From an uncultured Acidobacteriota bacterium (GTDB lineage Bacteria; Acidobacteriota; UBA6911), in the NCBI GenBank assembly GCA_963827655.1, contig CAWHCF010000009.1:1-64000 (forward strand): a stretch of DNA of 64,000 bases, in the 5' to 3' direction. Positions within the stretch are counted from its first letter, which is position 1, and every line of letters starts with the position of its first letter. Made by a program: the position numbers and the translations under genes. The notes under the pieces were generated by a model. That model worked only from the letters and a program-made list of their open reading frames with translations, was not told the DNA's origin and searched no databases. Of this stretch, positions 22,289 through 29,427 are shown piece by piece.

Positions 22289-22638
22289 GATTGTTCCTCC
22301 TCTTCCGCGACCAGCCTCCCGACAACACTTTCTGCGCTCTCGGTCCTCATATTGAGGATCTGGACCCCCTCCTGCGCCAGCGGCGCCTCGGCCGCGGCGA
22401 AGAGCCATCGGACCGCGCGCGGGTAGCACGCGACGATTTTCAGCGGGCCGCTCCCTAGCTCCTTGAGCGCCGGATCATGGCGCGCGGACAACTCACATAG
22501 ATCAGGTACCGCATCGAAGGCCTGGCCGGAAGCCGCCAGACGGTCCAGTACTTCGCGCTTCACGTCCGCCGGTACCACTTCGGCATAGGCGCAATGGCAA
22601 TAGAGAATCCGCGCTCCGGGTTGCTTCACGTCACCCAT
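22285..22638 (-). CDS. Small Cys-containing protein resembling the HdrA N-terminal Fe-S domain
   Basis: ILYCHC..DLC..IVACYPR..LF..ILNMR compared with HdrA VxVCHCG..xCS..VAACxPR..F..ANIR. Confidence 0.6.
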   Translation of the reverse strand: MGDVKQPGARILYCHCAYAEVVPADVKREVLDRLAASGQAFDAVPDLCELSARHDPALKELGSGPLKIVACYPRAVRWLFAAAEAPLAQEGVQILNMRTESAESVVGRLVAEEEEQS

Positions 22639-22667
22639 AGAACTCCGCAAAACTCAGATTCCCGTGG

Positions 22668-22838
22668 TAGTGTGGCTCAGACATTCTTCCGAGCACCCTG
22701 TGGCGACGGGCCATTGGCCCGTCGCAAGTAACGTAATCGGCATGCCTTAACCTTAAAAAGTTCAGTAGTGCCCCTCGGGAGCCGGACGGGCTTGATAGCC
22801 CGTCCGCACATATACCGGGAGGTTTTGCGACAATCTCT
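22668..22838. mobile_element. MITE-like repeat A copy 1 (related to the IS1182 end), two perfect hairpins
   Basis: Near-identical to 25948-26108. Hairpins GCGACGGGCC-ATT-GGCCCGTCGC and CGGACGGGCT-TGAT-AGCCCGTCCG. End GGTTTTGCGACAATCTC. Confidence 0.75.
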
Positions 22839-22937
22839 GATGACCCGCGCATTCTTCTCACGGCTGCGTCTACTCTCTCGGTCCTTCGTGCCTCAACTGC
22901 TCCACAATACGCTACTCGTAATTGCGAACAGCAGTAT

Positions 22938-23405
22938 TCAGCCATCCGCTCTTTCCTGCTTTTCCAGCATCTTGTCAATGGTGGCGTCCAGTATCGCGAC
23001 GTAACCGTGTACGTCCACACTGCCGGGATCGGGCTCTCCGCGGGCCTGGTAGAGCCATCCAAGGTAGGGATTCGAATCAATCAGCGTGATGTCCTGTGCG
23101 AGTTCGGCGCTGCTCCCGGCGAATTCGCCCCTGATGACCGAATAGACGTCCGTGATTGCTTTGAACCCTTCGATCCAACCTATCGTCTGGCCGACCGTCA
23201 CCGGCTCGCCTTCCTTTACTTTGAATTCCAGCTCCACCAGATCACCGAGCATCCGGGTCGCGAACTTGGTCAGGCCCACCCGCACCAATCCGCCGGCATT
23301 CCGGGCAATCCAGTAGTGCGATGCCGTGTACAAAAGATCCACAGGCAAACGGGTCGAGAAGCGCGACCGTTTGTAGTAGACAGTTTCAGGTGGAGCTGGC
23401 TGCAT
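22938..23405 (-). CDS. GcvH-like lipoyl carrier protein
   Basis: YTASHYWI..VRVGLTKFA..LGDLV, IEGFKAITDVYS (lipoyl Lys retained), SNPY.GWLY. Confidence 0.85.
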   Translation of the reverse strand: MQPAPPETVYYKRSRFSTRLPVDLLYTASHYWIARNAGGLVRVGLTKFATRMLGDLVELEFKVKEGEPVTVGQTIGWIEGFKAITDVYSVIRGEFAGSSAELAQDITLIDSNPYLGWLYQARGEPDPGSVDVHGYVAILDATIDKMLEKQERADG

Positions 23406-23436
23406 GGCTGCATCCCACGGTTCCCCGAGGCCGGCA

Positions 23437-24570
23437 TTATAGCGTAAGTTCGTGGAGGGCCCAAACCATCCTGGCCAGGTCCGGCGCTTCCGTAAGGTGA
23501 GACCAGGAAAAGCGAATCGCCCCGTCCATCCGCCCGCGGTCCAGTCCCATTGCGCTCAACACGTGGCTGCAGGTGTAGCTCTGGGACGTGCAGGCGGCTC
23601 CGTTCGAGACGGCCACGAGGTCTTTCCAGGCCTCGATCACGACCTCCGCATCGAGATCCGGAAAAGACAGGTTCAGAATGTTCGGCGTCCGGCGCTCCGG
23701 ATCGCCGTTGATCCGCGGATGAAATGGTTCCAGGGCTGCCATCAGCCGTCCGCCGAATTCGCGGCAGGCTTGAGCACGGTTCTCGCACTCCTCGAGCGCC
23801 AGTTCGGCGGCCAGACCCAGGCCCGCGATCAGATGGACCGGAAGGGTTCCCGACCGCAGGCCACGCTCCTGACCTCCTCCATACATCAACGGAGCGAGGG
23901 GGGGCCGTTCGCCATTGCGCCGCCGGGCCACAAGCGCTCCCACTCCTTTCGGCGCGTGAATCTTGTGACCGCTGATACTGATCAAATCGATTCGGCGATT
24001 CCGCAACGACTCGACGTCCTTGCCGAAGCCCTGAGCGGCATCCGCGTGAAAGTAGACGGGAGACTGGTCCAGAAGTTCGGCAATTCTGGCCAGCGGCTGA
24101 ATGACGCCGGTCTCGTTGTTCACGTGCATGACTGAAACCAGGAGGGTATCGCTGCGGAGAGCCGAGAGGACCGAGGCGGGATCAATCCAGCCGCCCGCAT
24201 TCGGTTCGACCAGCGTGATCTCGAAACCTTGCTCCCTCAATTGGGCCAGGGGCTCCAGGACGGCGTGATGCTCGATGCGCGTGCTGACAATGTGGCGCCG
24301 GCCGCTGCGCAACCCATGCGGGGCGAGTCCCAGAAGCGCCAGGTTGTTGCTCTCGGTGGCTCCGCTGGTGAACGTCACTTCGCCGCGCGAGGCCCCGACC
24401 ACCTGCGCCACCTGGTCGCGAGCTTTCTCGACGGCGCGGCGGGCACGAATGCCGTACTCGTGAGTTCGGCTGCCGGAGTTGCCGAACTCTTCTGCAAGGT
24501 AGTGGGTGACCACGGCGTAGACCCTGGGATCAATCGGAGTGGTCGCCGCGCAATCGAGATAAACTGCCAT
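23437..24570 (-). CDS. Cysteine desulfurase (IscS/DndA-like)
   Basis: YLDCAATTP, FTSGATESNN, SGHKIHAPKG (PLP Lys), SNGAACTS..SHVL (catalytic Cys). Confidence 0.92.
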   Translation of the reverse strand: MAVYLDCAATTPIDPRVYAVVTHYLAEEFGNSGSRTHEYGIRARRAVEKARDQVAQVVGASRGEVTFTSGATESNNLALLGLAPHGLRSGRRHIVSTRIEHHAVLEPLAQLREQGFEITLVEPNAGGWIDPASVLSALRSDTLLVSVMHVNNETGVIQPLARIAELLDQSPVYFHADAAQGFGKDVESLRNRRIDLISISGHKIHAPKGVGALVARRRNGERPPLAPLMYGGGQERGLRSGTLPVHLIAGLGLAAELALEECENRAQACREFGGRLMAALEPFHPRINGDPERRTPNILNLSFPDLDAEVVIEAWKDLVAVSNGAACTSQSYTCSHVLSAMGLDRGRMDGAIRFSWSHLTEAPDLARMVWALHELTL

Positions 24571-24712
24571 CACGTCCTGATTCTCCGGGTTTCTGTCCCA
24601 CACAGGATACCCGGGTGATTGCGCAATGTTATCCTGTGTCGCGGTCTTTTCAAATAGGCTGAGATGCGCTCACTTCCGGAAACGCGAGCCGGCGAGCACT
24701 GGAGCTCTCCAA

Positions 24713-25444
24713 GTGGTCCGACTGCTTGATCAAACCCTCTCCTCGCCGGAGGAGAATCTGGCGCTCGACGAAGCGCTCCTTGTAGAGCTCGAGTGCGCCG
24801 TCGACGAGGGGAGGAAGCCTCTTTCCTGCGAGACCCTCCGGTTGTGGGAGAGCCCGGTGCCCTTTGTCACGCTCGGCGCCGGCAGTAAAGTGCGGGACGA
24901 GGTCGATCGCGAACTATGCCATGCCGATAGACTCCCGATCCTGCGCCGCTGCTCCGGGGGTGGAACTGTGGTGCTGGGTCCCGGCTGCTTGAGTTTCACC
25001 CTCATTCTCTCGCTGGAACTTCGTCCCGAGCTGCGCGATGTGCGCGCCAGTTACGACAGGCTGCTGGGCGCGCTGGCACAGGCGTTCGCTCTCGAAGGCC
25101 TCGCGCGCGCGGGCCCGTCGGACCTGGCCTACCACGGGCGGAAGTTTTCAGGAAATGCCCAGATGCGGAAGAGCTCCAGCATGCTCCATCATGGAACGAT
25201 TCTGTACGGCTTCGACCTCGATCTCGTCGACCGGTACCTGCCGGTGCCGAGGTTGATTCCGCGGTACCGTCGCGGGAGATCCCACCGCGATTTTCTGTGC
25301 AATCTTCCTCTGAACGCCCGACAGGTCCGCGCGGTACTCGCGCGCGCTTTTGAAGCCAATGCCGCGAGCGATGCGGAACTGCCGGAGTACTCCCGGTTGG
25401 TGGCGGAGAAGTATGCCCGATCGAGCTGGATCGAGCGGCGATGA
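24713..25444 (+). CDS. Lipoate-protein ligase/octanoyltransferase-family catalytic domain (no accessory domain)
   Basis: ENLALDEALL, LRLWE, RRCSGGGTV, KFSGNAQ, HHGTILY; GGAG RBS before GTG 24713. Confidence 0.88.
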   Translation: MVRLLDQTLSSPEENLALDEALLVELECAVDEGRKPLSCETLRLWESPVPFVTLGAGSKVRDEVDRELCHADRLPILRRCSGGGTVVLGPGCLSFTLILSLELRPELRDVRASYDRLLGALAQAFALEGLARAGPSDLAYHGRKFSGNAQMRKSSSMLHHGTILYGFDLDLVDRYLPVPRLIPRYRRGRSHRDFLCNLPLNARQVRAVLARAFEANAASDAELPEYSRLVAEKYARSSWIERR

Positions 25445-25516
25445 ATCGGGACCTCCGGTGCGCTCACGGGTTTCTGGGTAGACCTGTGAAGCCGGGTTTC
25501 ATGTTAAACTTGCGTC

Positions 25517-25876
25517 ATGATGCGCCGACGAGCTACTCGAAACGTCGCCGACCCCGGGAGCGATCTGTTGCTCTTTGAAGGATTCGACTGTGTGGGCGCG
25601 CTCAAGGCGCTGGGCGAGGACACGCGAGTGCGCATCATGGGTCTCTTGCTGGAAGCGCCCCTTGGCGTCTGTGAGATCGCGCGCCGTCTCGGCACGACCC
25701 ACTACAACATATCCAAACATCTGCGCATCCTGCGCGAGGCGGGGCTGCTGGACGTCGAAAGGCACGGCCGGGAGCGTCTCTACATGGTGCCTGAGAGAAT
25801 CCGGCGCGGCCGAAGAGCGCACGCTAAAGTGCTGGACCTGGGTTGCTGCAGCTTTCAATTCGATCAACGGTCCTGA
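25517..25876 (+). CDS. ArsR/SmtB-family regulator with C-terminal vicinal Cys pair
   Basis: LKALGEDTRVRIMGLL..VCEIA..ISKHLRILREAGLL..R.GRER.Y; tail LDLGCC. Confidence 0.9.
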   Translation: MMRRRATRNVADPGSDLLLFEGFDCVGALKALGEDTRVRIMGLLLEAPLGVCEIARRLGTTHYNISKHLRILREAGLLDVERHGRERLYMVPERIRRGRRAHAKVLDLGCCSFQFDQRS

Positions 25877-25947
25877 GAAGCTGGAAAAAAATTGGGGACT
25901 GGGCTCAGTCGGCAGAGACGCATAACACAAGCCCAAGGTTCTTGTAC

Positions 25948-26108
25948 TAGCGTGGCTCACACATTCTTCCGAGCACCCTGTGGCGACGGGCCAGTGGCCC
26001 GTCGCAAATAACGTAATCGGATGCCTTAACCTTCAGTTGTGCCCCTCGGGAGCCGGACGGGCTTGATAGCCCGTCCGCACATGTATCGGGACGTTTTGAG
26101 ACAGTCTC
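25948..26108. mobile_element. MITE-like repeat A copy 2
   Basis: Same sequence and orientation as 22668-22838; end GTTTTGAGACAGTCTC. Confidence 0.75.
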
Positions 26109-26222
26109 CGAATTCATCTGTACCATCAACCACGCCTGACGGGCGTGGCTACTTTCTGCCGGCTCTTCGAGCCTCTCCAATTTCTTCACACCTCCTGAGG
26201 CCCGGACTTCGCGCTCACCTTC

Positions 26223-27302
26223 TCACCGGACGCCGAAGTCGGGAGGCTCGTCCTCATCGGCACACGCGGCGTCGCGGACCTTGGGTGCGAGAAAGACAAA
26301 CGCCGCGCCGGCCTCTCCCTTCGACAGCATCTGCCAATCATGCACGTTGAGCGGGGTCAGCTCACCGCGGCGAAACACGTTCCCGTAGTCGTCCGCTACC
26401 TGTGCCAGCGGCCCTCGATAGACGGCGTGATGAGTTTTCGCTTTCGAGCGGTGACCCGGTTTCGTGGCCCGGATACGAAATTCGCGCATGGGCACTCCCG
26501 CAACGACGAAGTACGCCGTCTGTGAAAGCGTCTCGAGCTCGACTTCGACAAAGCCGGCCTGAGTGAGCTCCACCACCATTTCGGTCGCGGTAGGGACATA
26601 CTCCACGGCCATTGCCGGACCTGGGAGCGACAGCTTTTCATCGTTACCGGGGTAATCGCCCGCCAGTCCGTGGATCTGGATGCTGCCCCCGGGCCGCAAT
26701 GCCCGCAGCGCTTCCGGGATCAGTCGATCGCGATGGACTGCGTTAGGGCTGGCGTTGAGACTACCCTCCAGCGCCACTTCGTGCAGTGTGTTCGCTTCGT
26801 GAGGAATCTTGTCGGGAAAGGCTTCGCCCAGACGGTGCGACCAGATCAACCGCGGTTTCGAAACGACGACGGGCGGGTTGAGCGCCTCGATTGGAATGGT
26901 CGCATCGCCCCGCTCGGGGATGTCTTCGTGAAAGACATAGATTTCCCACAGCATGCGATCCGGATCGGAAACCCAGAACTTCGTCTGACGGGCATAGCAA
27001 CACTCGACTCCTTCCTCCCGCCTGGTGCCGATGCCGGCAGCTTCGAGGCGCCTTTGCACCTCCACCAGCTCGTCCGCGTTTCGCACACGCAAACCGACGT
27101 GATTCACGTTCCCGCCCGGCTTGCCGGGGATCAACGATAGTATGAGCGGAGGTTCGGCAAGTTCGAACTTGGCATAATCCCCTCGAACCTTTGCCGGCTC
27201 CACGCCAAGCAGCACTCGGTAGAACGCAACCGATCGTGTGAGGTCGGTCACAGTCAGCGAGGCATGGAACTTCAGAAGCGAGTCGTGAACCGGTCCTGCC
27301 AT
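26223..27302 (-). CDS. ArsI/CadI-family VOC metalloenzyme fused to a degenerate ArsM-like C-terminal region
   Basis: KFHASL, YAKF, NHVGL, ECCYARQTKFWVSDPD..WEIY; then ALRALRPGG..AGF.. and AVYRGPLAQVADDYGNVFRRG. Confidence 0.8.
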   Translation of the reverse strand: MAGPVHDSLLKFHASLTVTDLTRSVAFYRVLLGVEPAKVRGDYAKFELAEPPLILSLIPGKPGGNVNHVGLRVRNADELVEVQRRLEAAGIGTRREEGVECCYARQTKFWVSDPDRMLWEIYVFHEDIPERGDATIPIEALNPPVVVSKPRLIWSHRLGEAFPDKIPHEANTLHEVALEGSLNASPNAVHRDRLIPEALRALRPGGSIQIHGLAGDYPGNDEKLSLPGPAMAVEYVPTATEMVVELTQAGFVEVELETLSQTAYFVVAGVPMREFRIRATKPGHRSKAKTHHAVYRGPLAQVADDYGNVFRRGELTPLNVHDWQMLSKGEAGAAFVFLAPKVRDAACADEDEPPDFGVR

Positions 27303-27325
27303 AGTATCCTCCAGATTGATAGGTG

Positions 27326-27404
27326 TCTTGGCGTCTTCGTGTCTTTGTGGTTAGCCCCCCGAAACAAATACCACCAGGATACAAAGACACGAAGAAACAC
27401 CAAG
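27326..27404. repeat. REP-like inverted pair overlapping the MFS 3' end
   Basis: TCTTGGCGTCTTCGTGTCTTTGTGGTTAG ... ACCACCAGGATACAAAGACACGAAGAAACACCAAG. Confidence 0.65.
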
Positions 27405-28613
27405 AATCTTTGTGTGCCCGGGGGAGGATGACACGGACGGCAAGGAGACTCGCAGCGCCGCAACGCCCAGCGCAGCTATCGCCGGCGCCAGCATCCAAAG
27501 CGCAGGCATGTAGGAGCCTGTCAGCTCCGCGCACTTGGCGAACAGGAGCGGACCCAGTGCTGAAGCCAGCACCGTCAGCATCTGGGCGGCGCCCTGGATT
27601 CTGCCGAGGTGTGCGGCGCCGTAGGCGCGCCGCCAGATAGCAAAGAAGATCACGGTAATCATGCCGCCGGAAAGCCCCATCAGCGCCGCAAAGACCCATA
27701 AACCGGACAGTGCCGTGAGCAGCGGAAACACGGCCAGAGCCAAAGCGTATGCGGCCAGGGCAAGCGCCAGGATACGCTGCATCGACCAACGCAGCGTGAG
27801 AAACCCGCACCCGAGTTGACCGAACAGCGCGATGAGCGCCGAGCCGGCGAGAAACTGGTGGTACGTCTCGCGGTTGAAGCCACGCTCGGCAAGCACCGCT
27901 TCATTGAACAACCCCAGACCCGAGGAGACGAGACCATACAGCGACGTGGCGCCACCGAAGACCCAGAACGCAGGAGTGGTCAGCGCGTCCGACAACGACA
28001 GCCCCTCGGCTGTTCCGTTCGGCTGCAAACCCGGATCGCTCTTGCCGGGTTCACGAGCGAAGAATAGCACGACCGGCGCCACGAACAAGGCCAGCGCCCA
28101 TGCGATCGCGGCCCACGCGTCGCGCCAGCCCCGGTCACGAACCAGGCTGCCGACGATCGTGAACGCGCCGGCGAAGAACAGGCTCAGCAACACGGAGTAC
28201 ACGCCCATGGCCAGGCCCACACCGCGGTCGAAGCCTTTGCCTACCACCGTGATGCTCGCAACTGAAAGCGCGCTCTGGCCCAGCGCGCGGGTGGCGAGAA
28301 CGAGAAGGAACAAGAACAGGATGCCGCCTGAGAGCCCGCTCATCTGCCAGACGGTCAGGCTCAGGAGCGCCGTGATCAATACCGTGGTCAGGCGCAAACC
28401 GAAGCGATCGAAGATCCGGCCGACCGGAAGGCAGACGACAGCTCCGAGCAGCGTGGCCCAGAGATTGAGGTGCGCGTAAGATATCCGATCCAGATGCAGG
28501 TCCCGCAGCAGTGGCTCTGTGATGAGGCCCAGGCCCTGAGTTCTGCCGGGCAGGGTCGCGACCATGATCAGCGCTCCGACAACGACATTGATCCAGGCGC
28601 TGATCCGGCGCAT
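27351..28613 (-). CDS. MFS transporter
   Basis: About 12 hydrophobic segments, GRIFDRFGLR motif A, YGAAHLGRIQG. Confidence 0.9.
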   Translation of the reverse strand: MRRISAWINVVVGALIMVATLPGRTQGLGLITEPLLRDLHLDRISYAHLNLWATLLGAVVCLPVGRIFDRFGLRLTTVLITALLSLTVWQMSGLSGGILFLFLLVLATRALGQSALSVASITVVGKGFDRGVGLAMGVYSVLLSLFFAGAFTIVGSLVRDRGWRDAWAAIAWALALFVAPVVLFFAREPGKSDPGLQPNGTAEGLSLSDALTTPAFWVFGGATSLYGLVSSGLGLFNEAVLAERGFNRETYHQFLAGSALIALFGQLGCGFLTLRWSMQRILALALAAYALALAVFPLLTALSGLWVFAALMGLSGGMITVIFFAIWRRAYGAAHLGRIQGAAQMLTVLASALGPLLFAKCAELTGSYMPALWMLAPAIAALGVAALRVSLPSVSSSPGHTKILGVSSCLCILVVFVSGG

Positions 28614-28616
28614 AGC

Positions 28617-29402
28617 TTAGCGGAAGAAGGTCATCGTCTTGCCGTACTCGGCATAACGATCCTTGAGCCATTCGGCGAACTCTGCATAGTGCCGTTCGCG
28701 CTGATCGCCGCCGTCGCTGAACGCGTTGTAGCTCAGATAAAGCAGGCGCCGCGACCGGCTCGATCGGTTGGGCAGCGAACGATGCGGGGTATACCCGCTG
28801 AAGACGGCGACATCCCCCGGCTCCAGGCAAAGGAGCACACCGGTTGAGGGATCGACGGCATCGTCCGGCAACTGGTGATACATGCCGTCCCGGGGCGACA
28901 TGCAACCGCGGCGATGATAACCAGGAAACACTTCCGTCGCACCGTTCTCATGATCGCAGGGATCGATGGCGACGATGGCGGTGACGAAGCTGGTGGGAAA
29001 AGACTCCCAGGCAATGTAGTCCTGATGAAGGCGGTAACCGTCCGCGCCCGGAAGTTTGAAAATCAACTTGTCCTTGAACAGGCAGGCTCGCTCGCCATAA
29101 AGCTGCCCGACGAGCTCGAGCAGCACTCGGCTGCGGGCGATGCGTTCGCAAGCGGGGCTGAGATCGATTACGGGGTCGAAGCAGTCGAAGCGGCACTCGC
29201 CGGTCTGGAAGTGATTCTGCCAGCGGCAACGAATGTTGTCGCTATCGATGAGATCGATGCGCTGGTAGAGACGGACTGCTTCCGCATCGAGCTCGGAAAT
29301 CTCTCCGGCGGACAGGACACCACGGACGATGACGAAGCCATCCTGGACATATTGCCGGATCGCCGCATCCTCCAGCCGCCGCTCAGTCGCCGCCTTGAGC
29401 AT
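28617..29402 (-). CDS. Phytanoyl-CoA dioxygenase (PhyH)-family Fe(II)/2OG enzyme
   Basis: QDGFVIVRG, KDKLIFKLPG, LHQDY (HxD), NGA..PG.H, LEPGDV..F..PHRS.PN.S..RR. Confidence 0.9.
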   Translation of the reverse strand: MLKAATERRLEDAAIRQYVQDGFVIVRGVLSAGEISELDAEAVRLYQRIDLIDSDNIRCRWQNHFQTGECRFDCFDPVIDLSPACERIARSRVLLELVGQLYGERACLFKDKLIFKLPGADGYRLHQDYIAWESFPTSFVTAIVAIDPCDHENGATEVFPGYHRRGCMSPRDGMYHQLPDDAVDPSTGVLLCLEPGDVAVFSGYTPHRSLPNRSSRSRRLLYLSYNAFSDGGDQRERHYAEFAEWLKDRYAEYGKTMTFFR

Positions 29403-29427
29403 GGCAAACTTTCCTTTCGCTCCTGGC

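Noticed and set aside
22631-23080. Small ORFs sharing peptide text (22631-23080, 25947-26189, 31710-31988, 33843-34046)
   Set aside because: The shared peptides are translations of the MITE repeats, not a protein family
22938-23405. Glycine cleavage operon
   Set aside because: No gcvT, gcvP or lpd nearby
23437-24570. DNA phosphorothioation (dnd) system suggested by the DndA-like desulfurase
   Set aside because: No dndB/C/D/E or ssp genes are recognisable in the window
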